DNA from: a virus
DNA length: 64,000 nucleotides
Direction: 5' to 3' (one strand)
Virus record (IMG/VR): IMGVR_UViG_3300032156_000003
Location: 22,330 to 86,329 of that record
In this document: positions 21,036 to 30,097 of the stretch, in pieces
Position numbering within the stretch: the first letter of the stretch is position 1
Layout of the letters: each line of letters opens with the position of its first letter
Notes under the pieces: generated by a model
What the model saw: the letters and a program-made list of their open reading frames with translations, nothing else
Database searches by the model: none
What the model was told of the DNA's origin: nothing
Program-made: the position numbers and the translations under genes

Positions 21036-22163
21036 ATGGCAATCAGGGTAAGTGCGACACGAGTTCTCACGGCGCTCGACACGACCAAACTGGACGGCAT
21101 CGAGGCGGGCGCAGATATCACCGACGCGGCAAACGTCGCGGCTGCTGGCGCGGTCATGGACGCGGACATGGCGGGTGTGACGGTCGGTCACATGATGCGC
21201 ACGGGGGCCGGTGCCTACGCCGTGATTCAGGATAACATGGCGGCTGTTGTAGCCCCGGCTGTCGGCGACGACAGCGTGGCGGGCTACGCGGTCGGTTCGC
21301 GGTGGGTGGACAACGCACTCAACAACACCTACGAGTGTGCGGACGCGGCGGTTGGCGCGGCGGTGTGGCGGCTCACGCTGAACGCGGCGGCTGCCGGTGG
21401 GGAACTCGCGGGCACGTACCCGAACCCGACCGTGGCGGACGGCGTCATCGACGCGGCGAACGGCCTCGCGGGTGCGGTGGCTGGCATCGTCGTCGACAAG
21501 GGCACGCCGAGTTCGTGTGTTATCGCGTTTGACGTTGGAGGCGCGGCACAGCGTCCAGCAGACGGCGCGTCCTATACGTTCAGCATCGGTGGCGTTCCGC
21601 TCGCGGCCATCGAAGCGCGGGATGTCGTGGTCGACCAGTACGACTTTCTGCGGTCGTCTGTCGGTGCCGAAGAGGCCGATACCATCCTCATGGCGGCGGC
21701 TTTCGCGGCGGCCATCAACGCGAACACGGTTATTGGCTTGCGGATTCGCGCGGCCATCTACGGCGGTGCGGGAGATGGTCGCTGGTACGTCCAGTGCTAC
21801 ACGCGGCTCCAGGCGGACATCACGGCGGGATCGGCCCTCACGTGCGCGCTCGCGGGTGGACAGCCGGGCGTGTACCAGGCTCGCGCGACGGCGGTCGCGG
21901 CGTCCAAACGCCAGATGTTCCCGATTCGCTACGCGGTCACCGCGCAGGACGTTCTCGCGGGTGAGATACGGTTCGACTTCGGCGGGTCGGATGTTGTAGC
22001 CTACGGGCTCGACATCCTGACTGCCGCTGCGAACTACACGCGCATCGCCTGGACCGGAGCCGTGACGCTGGCCGGTGGTCAGTTGACCGTCGACAACAGC
22101 GCTGGAACGGATTGGGCGGCGGGCAACGTCATCACCGGTTGGATGCTCTGCACCGTCCTGTAG
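21036..22163 (+). CDS. Fibre-like structural protein
   Basis: 'KLDGIEAGADITDAANVAAAGAVMD', 'DDSVAGYAVGSRW', 'AGGELAGTYPNPTV' motifs typical of phage fibres. Confidence 0.7.
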   Translation: MAIRVSATRVLTALDTTKLDGIEAGADITDAANVAAAGAVMDADMAGVTVGHMMRTGAGAYAVIQDNMAAVVAPAVGDDSVAGYAVGSRWVDNALNNTYECADAAVGAAVWRLTLNAAAAGGELAGTYPNPTVADGVIDAANGLAGAVAGIVVDKGTPSSCVIAFDVGGAAQRPADGASYTFSIGGVPLAAIEARDVVVDQYDFLRSSVGAEEADTILMAAAFAAAINANTVIGLRIRAAIYGGAGDGRWYVQCYTRLQADITAGSALTCALAGGQPGVYQARATAVAASKRQMFPIRYAVTAQDVLAGEIRFDFGGSDVVAYGLDILTAAANYTRIAWTGAVTLAGGQLTVDNSAGTDWAAGNVITGWMLCTVL

Positions 22164-22273
22164 TCTCTTGGCCCCGGCGGGGGCTTCCCTGTTAGCGTAG
22201 CGGCCCCAAGCCGCCGGTCGGGGCGGACAGCGAAGAACCGCGCCCCCTTGCGCGCGTCGATTAGGAGGTCCAC

Positions 22274-25261
22274 GTGGCAGGTTACAGTACCCCGTATGCG
22301 TTCGCGAACTACCTCGGCGAATGGGCCAACGACGCGGCGGCTCTGATAGAACTTCGGGCGCGCAAATGGGACTCGACTGCGGACGGTTTGGGTTTGCCTC
22401 GCAATGGAATGACCTACTACGCCACGGGAACAAACACGTACAGAGGCTACCAGGGCGGTGCATGGGCGAACTTTGTGACTCCGGGCGCCTCTACCCTCGA
22501 CTTTGCCTACGACGCGGGTGGAGCGGGGCTGGGGCGTTCCATTACGGCGGACGCGGGTGCGGTAACAATTACCGTACCTGACAACTCCAGTTGTCGTGTT
22601 CTTGAGTTGACGCAGAATGATACGACCAACGACCCGGATGCGTTGCTCATTACAAACGCAGGGACAAACGCAAGTATCCAGTTGGCCGGTGCTACTCGCT
22701 GGATTGAGTCTGACTCCGGGAGTTTGCGGATTCAGATGACGGCCAATGACGCGAATGCGTACAACCTGCAATTCTTCGCAGAAAATCTAGGGGTGGGCGG
22801 AACTGCCGATATAGGTATCAAGGCCGACAACGAAATCATCATTAATTCAACTACCGGGAAATTGAGCCTGCATGGATACAACTCGGGTGGCATCGGAGTT
22901 GAGGTTGAAGCAACGGCTGGCGGTGGATCGGTAAACATTGGTGGCACAGCACTGACAAATCAGATCAACCTTGGTACCAACGGTGCGCGCAACATCTATG
23001 TGGGAAGTGCTGTGGCGGCCACTTTGACGTTGGAGGCTGTCGGTGCGTCGAGTTGGGTGGTGGACGGTGCTGGTGCAACTCCTGCAACTCCCCTGATCCT
23101 CCGTTCTGGAGCTGCGGGTTCCAAGTCCGCGACATTGGAACTTCTTAGCGGTGGCGACGTCGGACTGACCTGTGTTGCAACATCGGCGCTGGCCCAGCGA
23201 CTTGTCATCGCTGCGGCGAATGCAGGAGTCGGGACAGCGATCATTGACATCGACGCAGACGACGCCATCACGATTGATTCGTTGGCAGCCGGTATTTCTC
23301 TCGACGCGGCTGGCGCGTCGAACTTCTCAACGTCGACAGGGGCGCTCACGCTGTCCGGTGTCGGGCTCGACTTGAATTCGACCGGTCCCGTTACGATAGA
23401 TGCCAGTGCGGCAAACTCAATTACTATCGGCGGGGATGCGAACACCGGATCGATGAACTTTGGAACGGGTGCGTCACAAAGAACGATAACGGTTGGCAAC
23501 GCAACTCTGGCGACGTCGGTTCTGGTGAACACGGGCACCGGGAATTTCAATGTCAACACCACGCAACTGGTTGTGGAACAAGCCAACGGGAACATCGGTA
23601 TTGGGCTCTCCACATGGGGAACAGCCTCTGCGAAAGTCATCGGTCTCGCATCGGGGACGGCTCCAACGACGTCTCCGGCTGATGCTGTTCAGGTGTGGTC
23701 CGCAGATCGTGGTGGTGTTGCGCTCAAGGCGGCGCTGCACATGCGAACCGAAAACGGGTTTACAAACGTCCTCGGTGATTTCTGCGGGTTCGGTACTGCG
23801 ACTCCGCTCCAGAAGATCGACGTCCAATCCGGTGCCATCCGGTTCGACTACGTTCCGACGATCAGCGCGGCGGGCGTGACCTTCGCGGACGGCGCTGGCG
23901 GGTCGAACACGGCAGGCGATCACAGACTCAAGTTCACTGCGGTCAATCCTCTTGGAGAAACAGAACTTGGGACACAAAGTGGGATCTATACTGTACATAC
24001 GAATGAGAAAATTGATGTATCCAATATCCCTGTGTCTCCCGATCCAACGGTCACGAGCAGGAATGTCTATGCGACGAGAACAGGACCGGGTGCAACGTGG
24101 TATTTGATCGCGGGACTGCTTCCCAACAACACGGCAACGACTTGTACGATTGACGTAGCGGATGTGAGTCTGGTGACGGCTGGTTCGGCATTTAACAATA
24201 CGTCTGGGTATCTGTATGCAGGTACCACGCAATTGTTCAGGTCGGATAGTGCTGGGAATTGGAGTTTGGGAAAATCTCCGACTCCACTGGTTTCTGGTTA
24301 TAATTTCATATCCATCGGGTCAAATTTCCTGTCCTTTATGGATTCAGTTGGTAACTGGAAAGGAAATGTTTCTGCGGCCGGAAACTGGCATCTTGGGAAC
24401 GCATCCTCGGCAGGAACGCAGTTGCTCAGTCTTGAGGGCGAGGGTGCGCGGCAGGTATTCATGGATCGTCGCACCGTTGCCGACTCTGCAGGAAATTCGT
24501 TGTCTGTTGTCGGTGGTGGCGCAACTCTTGGGGCAACGAACAGGGCCGGTGGACCGCTCTATCTCATTCCAGGTACCGCGACAGGCGCAGCTTCGGCGGC
24601 GTCGTCTCTGTGGTGTTCTCCTGTAGGCGCAGCAGGAGTTACCGACAACACACCGGTCCAGGTGTTGACGGCTGGCCCAAAGTCTGGAGGTGCGGCGGGT
24701 TCAATCGCCGTTGGTATTGGAACGATTCTACCGACGTCGTTACTCGATCTCGAACGTCCGGGGTCAGCAAAATCAATTGTCGATTTCCTTGAAATAACCA
24801 ATAGTGCCAACGCCGCCGACATGGATGGTACTGGTACAGGAATTCTGTTTAATCAGTGGTACTACGACGCGGCTACCCCAGCAGTTGCGGATGCGGGGAG
24901 AATCGCCGTCGTGGCTGAAAAGGATTGGCTCGCAGCATCTAACCAGGACGCTTGTATGACCTTCTGCACGGCCCTGAACGGTACCGTTGCAGAGGGTTGG
25001 AGAATCGCATCTAGTAAGGCGTTTAGCAATACAGGAGCCACAGGCACCGCGTACATCCACATGAAAGCGGGAACGACTACTGCATCTCAGGCTCCTATGA
25101 AGTATACGATGGGAAGTTTGCTGGCTACCGCAGAGGAGGGTACGCGTGAGTATAGCGTGTCAACCATGTGGATGACACCCATTGGTACGCAACGCGAGTC
25201 GATTGTGGGGTGTGCGTTTTCTCAGTACGAGACAATCAGACTCGGATCAAATCCGGCGTAG
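22274..25261 (+). CDS. Long tail fibre protein
   Basis: 995 aa Gly/Thr/Ala-rich; repeated 'GNIGIG/VGIGT..P...LD' motifs; GTG start with AGGAGG. Confidence 0.75.
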   Translation: MAGYSTPYAFANYLGEWANDAAALIELRARKWDSTADGLGLPRNGMTYYATGTNTYRGYQGGAWANFVTPGASTLDFAYDAGGAGLGRSITADAGAVTITVPDNSSCRVLELTQNDTTNDPDALLITNAGTNASIQLAGATRWIESDSGSLRIQMTANDANAYNLQFFAENLGVGGTADIGIKADNEIIINSTTGKLSLHGYNSGGIGVEVEATAGGGSVNIGGTALTNQINLGTNGARNIYVGSAVAATLTLEAVGASSWVVDGAGATPATPLILRSGAAGSKSATLELLSGGDVGLTCVATSALAQRLVIAAANAGVGTAIIDIDADDAITIDSLAAGISLDAAGASNFSTSTGALTLSGVGLDLNSTGPVTIDASAANSITIGGDANTGSMNFGTGASQRTITVGNATLATSVLVNTGTGNFNVNTTQLVVEQANGNIGIGLSTWGTASAKVIGLASGTAPTTSPADAVQVWSADRGGVALKAALHMRTENGFTNVLGDFCGFGTATPLQKIDVQSGAIRFDYVPTISAAGVTFADGAGGSNTAGDHRLKFTAVNPLGETELGTQSGIYTVHTNEKIDVSNIPVSPDPTVTSRNVYATRTGPGATWYLIAGLLPNNTATTCTIDVADVSLVTAGSAFNNTSGYLYAGTTQLFRSDSAGNWSLGKSPTPLVSGYNFISIGSNFLSFMDSVGNWKGNVSAAGNWHLGNASSAGTQLLSLEGEGARQVFMDRRTVADSAGNSLSVVGGGATLGATNRAGGPLYLIPGTATGAASAASSLWCSPVGAAGVTDNTPVQVLTAGPKSGGAAGSIAVGIGTILPTSLLDLERPGSAKSIVDFLEITNSANAADMDGTGTGILFNQWYYDAATPAVADAGRIAVVAEKDWLAASNQDACMTFCTALNGTVAEGWRIASSKAFSNTGATGTAYIHMKAGTTTASQAPMKYTMGSLLATAEEGTREYSVSTMWMTPIGTQRESIVGCAFSQYETIRLGSNPA

Positions 25262-25278
25262 GCTATAGGAGAAGACGA

Positions 25279-25719
25279 ATGACAACATTACTATCGGCGG
25301 CAAATTTTCGTGGCTCAAAAACGTTGGTGGCCAACTTCTTCGGCCAGCCAGGTAAAGGGTTTTGTTTTCACGCGAAGGGGTACTCTTCTGCCCTTAACCC
25401 GGAACCGGAGTTTATATTCACATTGGGGGGAACGACTATTTGGGACAGTGGTTCGGTGACTGGATGGCGCATGTGGTCTCTGGAATTGGATGTCATCTGC
25501 GTCACCACGGGCGCGCCGGGTTCGGTTCGAGCGACGGGAAAGTTCTTAATACAGGAAACCGCTGGAGGTGGCGTGCTATGGTTGTCAGGCAGCAACTTAC
25601 ACGCGAGTTACATCGCCGTCACGACTACTGGGGCGTTGGCAATAGATCTGGACTGCACACTTGCAGGTGCTACCGGGTATGTATATTGCTCAAGCGCGTG
25701 GCTGGAGGAGTTCGACTGA
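25279..25719 (+). CDS. Fibre tip-like domain encoded as a separate ORF
   Basis: AGGAGA RBS before ATG 25279; 'TTLL...GSKTL.ANF...GK' resembles fibre C-terminal modules. Confidence 0.55.
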   Translation: MTTLLSAANFRGSKTLVANFFGQPGKGFCFHAKGYSSALNPEPEFIFTLGGTTIWDSGSVTGWRMWSLELDVICVTTGAPGSVRATGKFLIQETAGGGVLWLSGSNLHASYIAVTTTGALAIDLDCTLAGATGYVYCSSAWLEEFD

Positions 25720-25793
25720 TTACCTTGATTTTTCTCGTCGAAAGTATTACATTGACGGTTGCAATCGAAACACACCAACCAAGGGGATAGACG

Positions 25794-26381
25794 ATGCTGA
25801 CACACCGGAAGATTGAGGGATTCAACCAGTTTCTCACCAAGATGGCCGGGGCCTACTTCACGTCGACAGACCAGACGGAGCAGGCGGGAAACAAAGCCGC
25901 CGCTGCGGACCTAGTAGAGAAAGTCCGCCTCCACACTCGTTACGCTTATGGCATCGCTCGTAACCAGCGCATTATTGAGGGTGTCATAAAGTCCATGAGT
26001 GACGCTCTGAAAAATGAGAAGCTGGAAGCGTGGCAGAAGGCGCATCAGGCGCTCGTCGCCGAGAAGCTGGACGCCGAAAAGATGGAGAAACGATACACCG
26101 CGCTAAAGATGGAGCACGACGTCGATAACCTCATCGCAGAAGCCAACCGTCGGCACAACGAATTGATGGAGTTGGAAGTTCTAGCTGACGACGGAACTCC
26201 GCTTAAACTGTACCGAATTCTCGTGACTGACCTTCCTGGTTGGAACGACCCAGCGGATGCTCCCGGCGACAAGCGCAACGGAATCGTGACGCCCATAGAT
26301 ATCGCGTTCTTGTTCGACATCGGCGTGCTGTTCGACCCGTCCGATGCCGAAGCCGCTAAGCCAGCCGGACCAGCGAACTAA
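25794..26381 (+). CDS. Hypothetical helical protein (possible fibre assembly chaperone)
   Basis: AGGGG RBS; last gene of the tail module. Confidence 0.5.
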   Translation: MLTHRKIEGFNQFLTKMAGAYFTSTDQTEQAGNKAAAADLVEKVRLHTRYAYGIARNQRIIEGVIKSMSDALKNEKLEAWQKAHQALVAEKLDAEKMEKRYTALKMEHDVDNLIAEANRRHNELMELEVLADDGTPLKLYRILVTDLPGWNDPADAPGDKRNGIVTPIDIAFLFDIGVLFDPSDAEAAKPAGPAN

Positions 26382-26410
26382 CCAGCCCACGTCGATTTTC
26401 GAACAACTCG

Positions 26411-26440
26411 CTTGACAATCGCAACGGCAAGGCGCAAGCT
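26411..26440 (+). promoter_or_regulatory. Sigma70-like promoter with CTTGACA-N3-GCAA motif
   Basis: TTGACA 26412-26417, GCAA 26421-26424, weak -10 CAAGCT at 17-nt spacing; heads the recombination/replication module. Confidence 0.6.
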
Positions 26441-26496
26441 GTCCCTTGAGGTGGGCGGTGACGAGTGCACAACCCAATCGAGAGGAGTTGAAGTAG

Positions 26497-26766
26497 ATGC
26501 CAAGGTACTACACGCCTGAATATGCTCGCGTTAAAGTCCGAGCAGCCACGCACGGCATGACGTTCGCGCAACTCGCGGGGAAGTGTGGGGTGTCGCGACA
26601 GGCGCTTGAGATGTCGCTCAAGGCCGGGCGTCCCGCGCTGGCCGGGCTGGAACGTCTCGCCGGGGCGCTCAACATGGACCGTGACGCCGTGCTCGCGCCG
26701 CTCAAGAACTCGGAACTCATTGCGGCGGCCCTGTGGTACGCCGGGTTGACGGGAGGACAGCGTTGA
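26497..26766 (+). CDS. XRE/Cro-like HTH regulator
   Basis: 'GMTFAQLAGKCGVSRQAL......P....LERLAGAL' HTH. Confidence 0.85.
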   Translation: MPRYYTPEYARVKVRAATHGMTFAQLAGKCGVSRQALEMSLKAGRPALAGLERLAGALNMDRDAVLAPLKNSELIAAALWYAGLTGGQR

Positions 26767-27578
26767 CGACCTTGGACCACCTGTCGGCGTCGTCCTATGG
26801 CCAGTTCTTCAAGTGCCCGGCACAGTGGGACTACGTGCACAACCAGGGAATCAAGATTCCTCCCGGAATCGCGGCGCACGTCGGGAGCGGGTTGCACGGC
26901 GCGGCGGAAGTGAACTTCCGGCAGAAGATTGTCACGGGGGTAGACCTACCGGCATCCGACCTTGCCGACGCGGCTGTCACCAAGTACCGCGAGCGAGTCG
27001 AGAAGGACGGCGTGCTCTGTACGCGCGAAGAACGGCCCGCCCTTGGTCGTCTGCTGTCCGAGGGGGTAGACAGAGCGGTGAAATTCTCCCGCGTACTGGC
27101 GGCCACGGTAGCGCCCTTGTATCGCCCCGCCTCGGTTGAGCAGTTCGTCAAGTACCAGGGGCCGGATTCGCCGGTCCCGTGGGTGGGGTATATCGATCTC
27201 ACGACGGCGGACAACAAACTCGTCGACTGGAAAACAGCGGGCAAGCGGTGGCCGAAGGGGCGGGAGCACCGCGAGTCGCAAGCGACGGTGTACAGAAAGT
27301 TATTCCGCGCCGACCGTGGCATCGAACCGGCCTCGACGGTGTTCGAAGTGTTCTTCGATTCGAAGGACGGGGCGAAGCGAGACGACCGGACCACGGTGCG
27401 GGACGACGCGGATTGGGTGGCGTTGCAGCACGGAGCGGGAATCATGCTGCGGATGATAGACCACGGGGACTTCCCACCGTGTGTGCCGGGGTCGTGGAAT
27501 TGCTCGCCCACGTGGTGTGGCTTATTTTGGGTGTGTCGACACGTGTCCGAGCGGGTTCGGAGATTGCCGAATGTGTGA
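26763..27578 (+). CDS. PD-(D/E)XK exonuclease (RecB/Cas4-like)
   Basis: 'HLSAS....F.KCP', 'G.IDL......LVDWKT', 'Q...Y', C-terminal C..C...C cluster. Confidence 0.88.
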   Translation: MTTLDHLSASSYGQFFKCPAQWDYVHNQGIKIPPGIAAHVGSGLHGAAEVNFRQKIVTGVDLPASDLADAAVTKYRERVEKDGVLCTREERPALGRLLSEGVDRAVKFSRVLAATVAPLYRPASVEQFVKYQGPDSPVPWVGYIDLTTADNKLVDWKTAGKRWPKGREHRESQATVYRKLFRADRGIEPASTVFEVFFDSKDGAKRDDRTTVRDDADWVALQHGAGIMLRMIDHGDFPPCVPGSWNCSPTWCGLFWVCRHVSERVRRLPNV

Positions 27579-27653
27579 GGTCTGGCATGGTTTTTCTTTG
27601 TTCGGTGCGGCATGGCATGGCGAAGTGCTGCTGAGTTGAGTGTCGCAAAGTAT
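27574..27653 (+). repeat. 5-nt-periodic (N)GY-NN tract, 16 units
   Basis: TGT-GA GGT-CT GGC-AT GGT-TT TTC-TT TGT-TC GGT-GC GGC-AT GGC-AT GGC-GA AGT-GC TGC-TG AGT-TG AGT-GT CGC-AA AGT-AT. 15/16 units have GY at positions 2-3 and 7 are GGY. Confidence 0.85.
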
Positions 27654-27657
27654 AGAA

Positions 27658-27691
27658 ACCGCTCGGTGAGATCACGTTCAACCCGAGTGGT
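27658..27691 (+). other. Stem-loop directly 3' of the pentamer tract
   Basis: ACCGCTCGG pairs with CCGAGTGGT (one G-U). Confidence 0.65.
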
Positions 27692-27718
27692 CTAGGGAAA
27701 CGAAGAAAGGGGATTCCA

Positions 27719-28966
27719 ATGGCAGACAAGAATCAGGAATGGCAGGGGAACGTCAAGGTCGTGGACCCGCAGGCGCTCGCGCCGGTCGCGCCGATTCAGG
27801 CGCTCGCGCAGTCGGCGGCCGTCGACGCGGCGCGTGTGCTGTCGGAAACGCAGGCCATGGTGCTCATGGCGAGGTCCAACCCGCGCAACGAGTTCGCGGT
27901 GCTCAAGAAAATCAAGGCGATGTGCTCGCGGTTGCGGCTCGCCGAGAAGGCGCTCTACTCGTTTCCGCGCAGCAACAAGACCGTCACCGGCCCTAGCATC
28001 GATCTCATGGAGGCCATCGCCACGGCCTACGGCAACCTGGACCACGGGTGGCGGATGCTCGAAGAGGACGGCGAGTCCGTGCGCGTGGAAACCTACGCTT
28101 GGGACATGGAGACGAACTCGCGGACCCGTATCGAATTCTGGATGCGCCGCGTCCGCGACACGAAGCAGGGGGAGAAGGAACTCCATGACGAGCGCGACAA
28201 ATACGAGATCGTGGCGAACTACGCCAGCCGTCGCAAGCGCGCGTGCCTGGAGAAAATCATCCCCGTCGACATCGTTGAGCAGGCTGTCGAGTGGTGCATG
28301 AAGACCATCGAAAAGGGCGATGACGAGATGCCGCTGGTAGACCGCATCCGGGGTATGGTGTTGCAGTTCGCGGAACTCGGTGTCAGCCAAGTCATGTTGG
28401 AAAAGCGACTCGGGCACACGGTGGACACGACCATCGCGAAGGAACTGCCAGAGCTTCGCGCCATCGCCAACGGGTTGAAGGGTGGACGCGGGCGGGAGGA
28501 GTTCTTTGACCTCGCGCTGGCCGGGCAGGCTCCCGCGACGAAGGCCGCCCCGTCCGCGAAGGCAGACCCCGCGCCGGTCGAACTGCCCAAGGCTGCGGAC
28601 CCGCCGACGGTCGCCGAGAAGCCCAAGGCCGAACCGACCCCGGCCGCCGTCCACGTTGTGACGAAGCCCGAGACGTCCGAGCCCGCGAGCACGGCCACGC
28701 ATCGGCTGTTCGATACGTTGCTCGGCCGGTTGCACAACACCTACAAGATGACCGACGAGATGATTCGCGCGGCCCTTGGAGGACCCATCGAAGGTGCTCC
28801 CGTAGATGAATTAGAGCGGGTCATCACTGAAACCGAACTACGAAACAAGAGGACGCGCAAGGGGAAGAACCCGCCGCCGCTGAATCTCGTGCCGCAGGGC
28901 GAACCCGAGACGGGCGGACCTCCCGAGATGGAAATGCCGCCGAACGACCAGGATGAAGAATTCTAG
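27719..28966 (+). CDS. Putative ssDNA-annealing / recombination protein
   Basis: Follows the exonuclease; 'PR.E.....A.YSFPR...V.GPSI.L.EAIA..YGNL' and 'AWDMETN' N-terminal domain; Pro/Ala-rich linker. Confidence 0.6.
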   Translation: MADKNQEWQGNVKVVDPQALAPVAPIQALAQSAAVDAARVLSETQAMVLMARSNPRNEFAVLKKIKAMCSRLRLAEKALYSFPRSNKTVTGPSIDLMEAIATAYGNLDHGWRMLEEDGESVRVETYAWDMETNSRTRIEFWMRRVRDTKQGEKELHDERDKYEIVANYASRRKRACLEKIIPVDIVEQAVEWCMKTIEKGDDEMPLVDRIRGMVLQFAELGVSQVMLEKRLGHTVDTTIAKELPELRAIANGLKGGRGREEFFDLALAGQAPATKAAPSAKADPAPVELPKAADPPTVAEKPKAEPTPAAVHVVTKPETSEPASTATHRLFDTLLGRLHNTYKMTDEMIRAALGGPIEGAPVDELERVITETELRNKRTRKGKNPPPLNLVPQGEPETGGPPEMEMPPNDQDEEF

Positions 28967-28976
28967 GAGGTACCCC

Positions 28977-29585
28977 GTGGCGTTTATCAAACGAGGTGGA
29001 TACTCGCAACCGAGCGGTCCGCCGGCCAACCCCGTGCCGCCGTCACAACGCGCACAACTGGCGCTCGGGTTTCGACACTACGAGGACAGCGACAAGGCCC
29101 GGAGCGAGTTCGAGACGACGGAGCGGGACCACGTCGTGAAGCAACTCCGCGCCGAGGTCCAGGCCGGTGCCGAGGCCGGTTGTCGTTGCCCCGCGTGCGA
29201 CCGCCTCGTGAAGTCGTACCGTCGCGCGATGAACGCCGATATGGCGCGGTTCCTCATCCTGCTCTGTCGCGAGTACCTCGCCAAGCCGCCGGACACGTTC
29301 GTCGACATCCGCACAATCTCGGTCCGTGGCGGCGACTATGCGAAGCTCACCCATTGGGGACTGGTAGAGCAGGCGCACAACGACGACCCCGCCAAACGCT
29401 CCAGCGGCCTCTGGCGTCCGACTCCGCGCGGGCTGGCATTCGCCCAAGGGACGGCAACGGAGCCGGGTCACGTGGTGCTTCTCGACAACCAGGTGAGGGG
29501 CTTTACCGATGACCGCGTGAACATCTGGGAAGCGCTCGGGACTCACTTCAACTTTGAGGTGCTGTGGAGAGGAGAGAAGAAATGA
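28977..29585 (+). CDS. Hypothetical protein (CxCxxC plus winged-helix-like)
   Basis: AGGAGG RBS before GTG; 'CRCPAC', 'GGDYAKL.HWGLVE', 'SGLWRPT.RG'. Confidence 0.6.
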   Translation: MAFIKRGGYSQPSGPPANPVPPSQRAQLALGFRHYEDSDKARSEFETTERDHVVKQLRAEVQAGAEAGCRCPACDRLVKSYRRAMNADMARFLILLCREYLAKPPDTFVDIRTISVRGGDYAKLTHWGLVEQAHNDDPAKRSSGLWRPTPRGLAFAQGTATEPGHVVLLDNQVRGFTDDRVNIWEALGTHFNFEVLWRGEKK

Positions 29586-29884
29586 GAATCGATAAAACCT
29601 ATACCGCCGAATTCGAATTCGAAGTGGACAAGCTAACTGAGAGAGTCCACAGGCTTGACGGTGTTCTTATAATGCCGTGCGGGCCAGATTTCTTGATGTT
29701 CGCCGTGGACGAAATGCTCGACATAAATGGAGAGAAGATAGACGTCACGGAACACCACTGCGATGAGTTGGCCTCTGGACATCAATTCGGGGAACTCAAA
29801 TTCCCAGAGGAGTATCAGTTGTGTCTTGTGCGTCGAATGGATTCCGCGAAGATGATCGAATACGACAAAAGGAACAAAGAATGA
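29582..29884 (+). CDS. Hypothetical protein
   Basis: ATGA-coupled ORF; lower GC. Confidence 0.55.
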   Translation: MRIDKTYTAEFEFEVDKLTERVHRLDGVLIMPCGPDFLMFAVDEMLDINGEKIDVTEHHCDELASGHQFGELKFPEEYQLCLVRRMDSAKMIEYDKRNKE

Positions 29885-29929
29885 CCGGTACGACGAATCG
29901 AGGTGTCGAACCGTTTGGAGGGTTCCGAG

Positions 29930-30097
29930 ATGTCCGAATCACAAGCTGAAATTCAGGCACAACTCGAAGCCGCAAACCTGCGCTTGATGGAGAGGCGGCG
30001 GGCGCTCGGGATACGAGACGACCGGCCGGTCCACGTCGGCGACGTCGTTGATGGCGTGCTCGCGGACCTGCGGCGGGAAGCGGAGGCGGCGAGATGA
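29930..30097 (+). CDS. Small hypothetical protein
   Basis: GGAGG RBS; coupled to the initiator gene. Confidence 0.5.
   Translation: MSESQAEIQAQLEAANLRLMERRRALGIRDDRPVHVGDVVDGVLADLRREAEAAR

Noticed and set aside
22185-22232. Twister ribozyme (GGCCCCAAGCC resembles the twister P4 loop)
   Set aside because: Could not build P2 and both pseudoknots; kept only as a generic hairpin.
20460-22463. Long minus-strand ORFs (e.g. 20460-22463, 15989-17170, 30485-31687)
   Set aside because: Arg/Pro-rich shadow frames antisense to well-supported + strand genes in GC-rich DNA.
17423-25719. Diversity-generating retroelement acting on tail fibres
   Set aside because: No reverse transcriptase and no TR/VR pair seen in the window.
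26763-27578. Cas4 as part of a CRISPR adaptation module
   Set aside because: No cas1/cas2; its context next to the recombination and replication genes fits an ordinary phage exonuclease.
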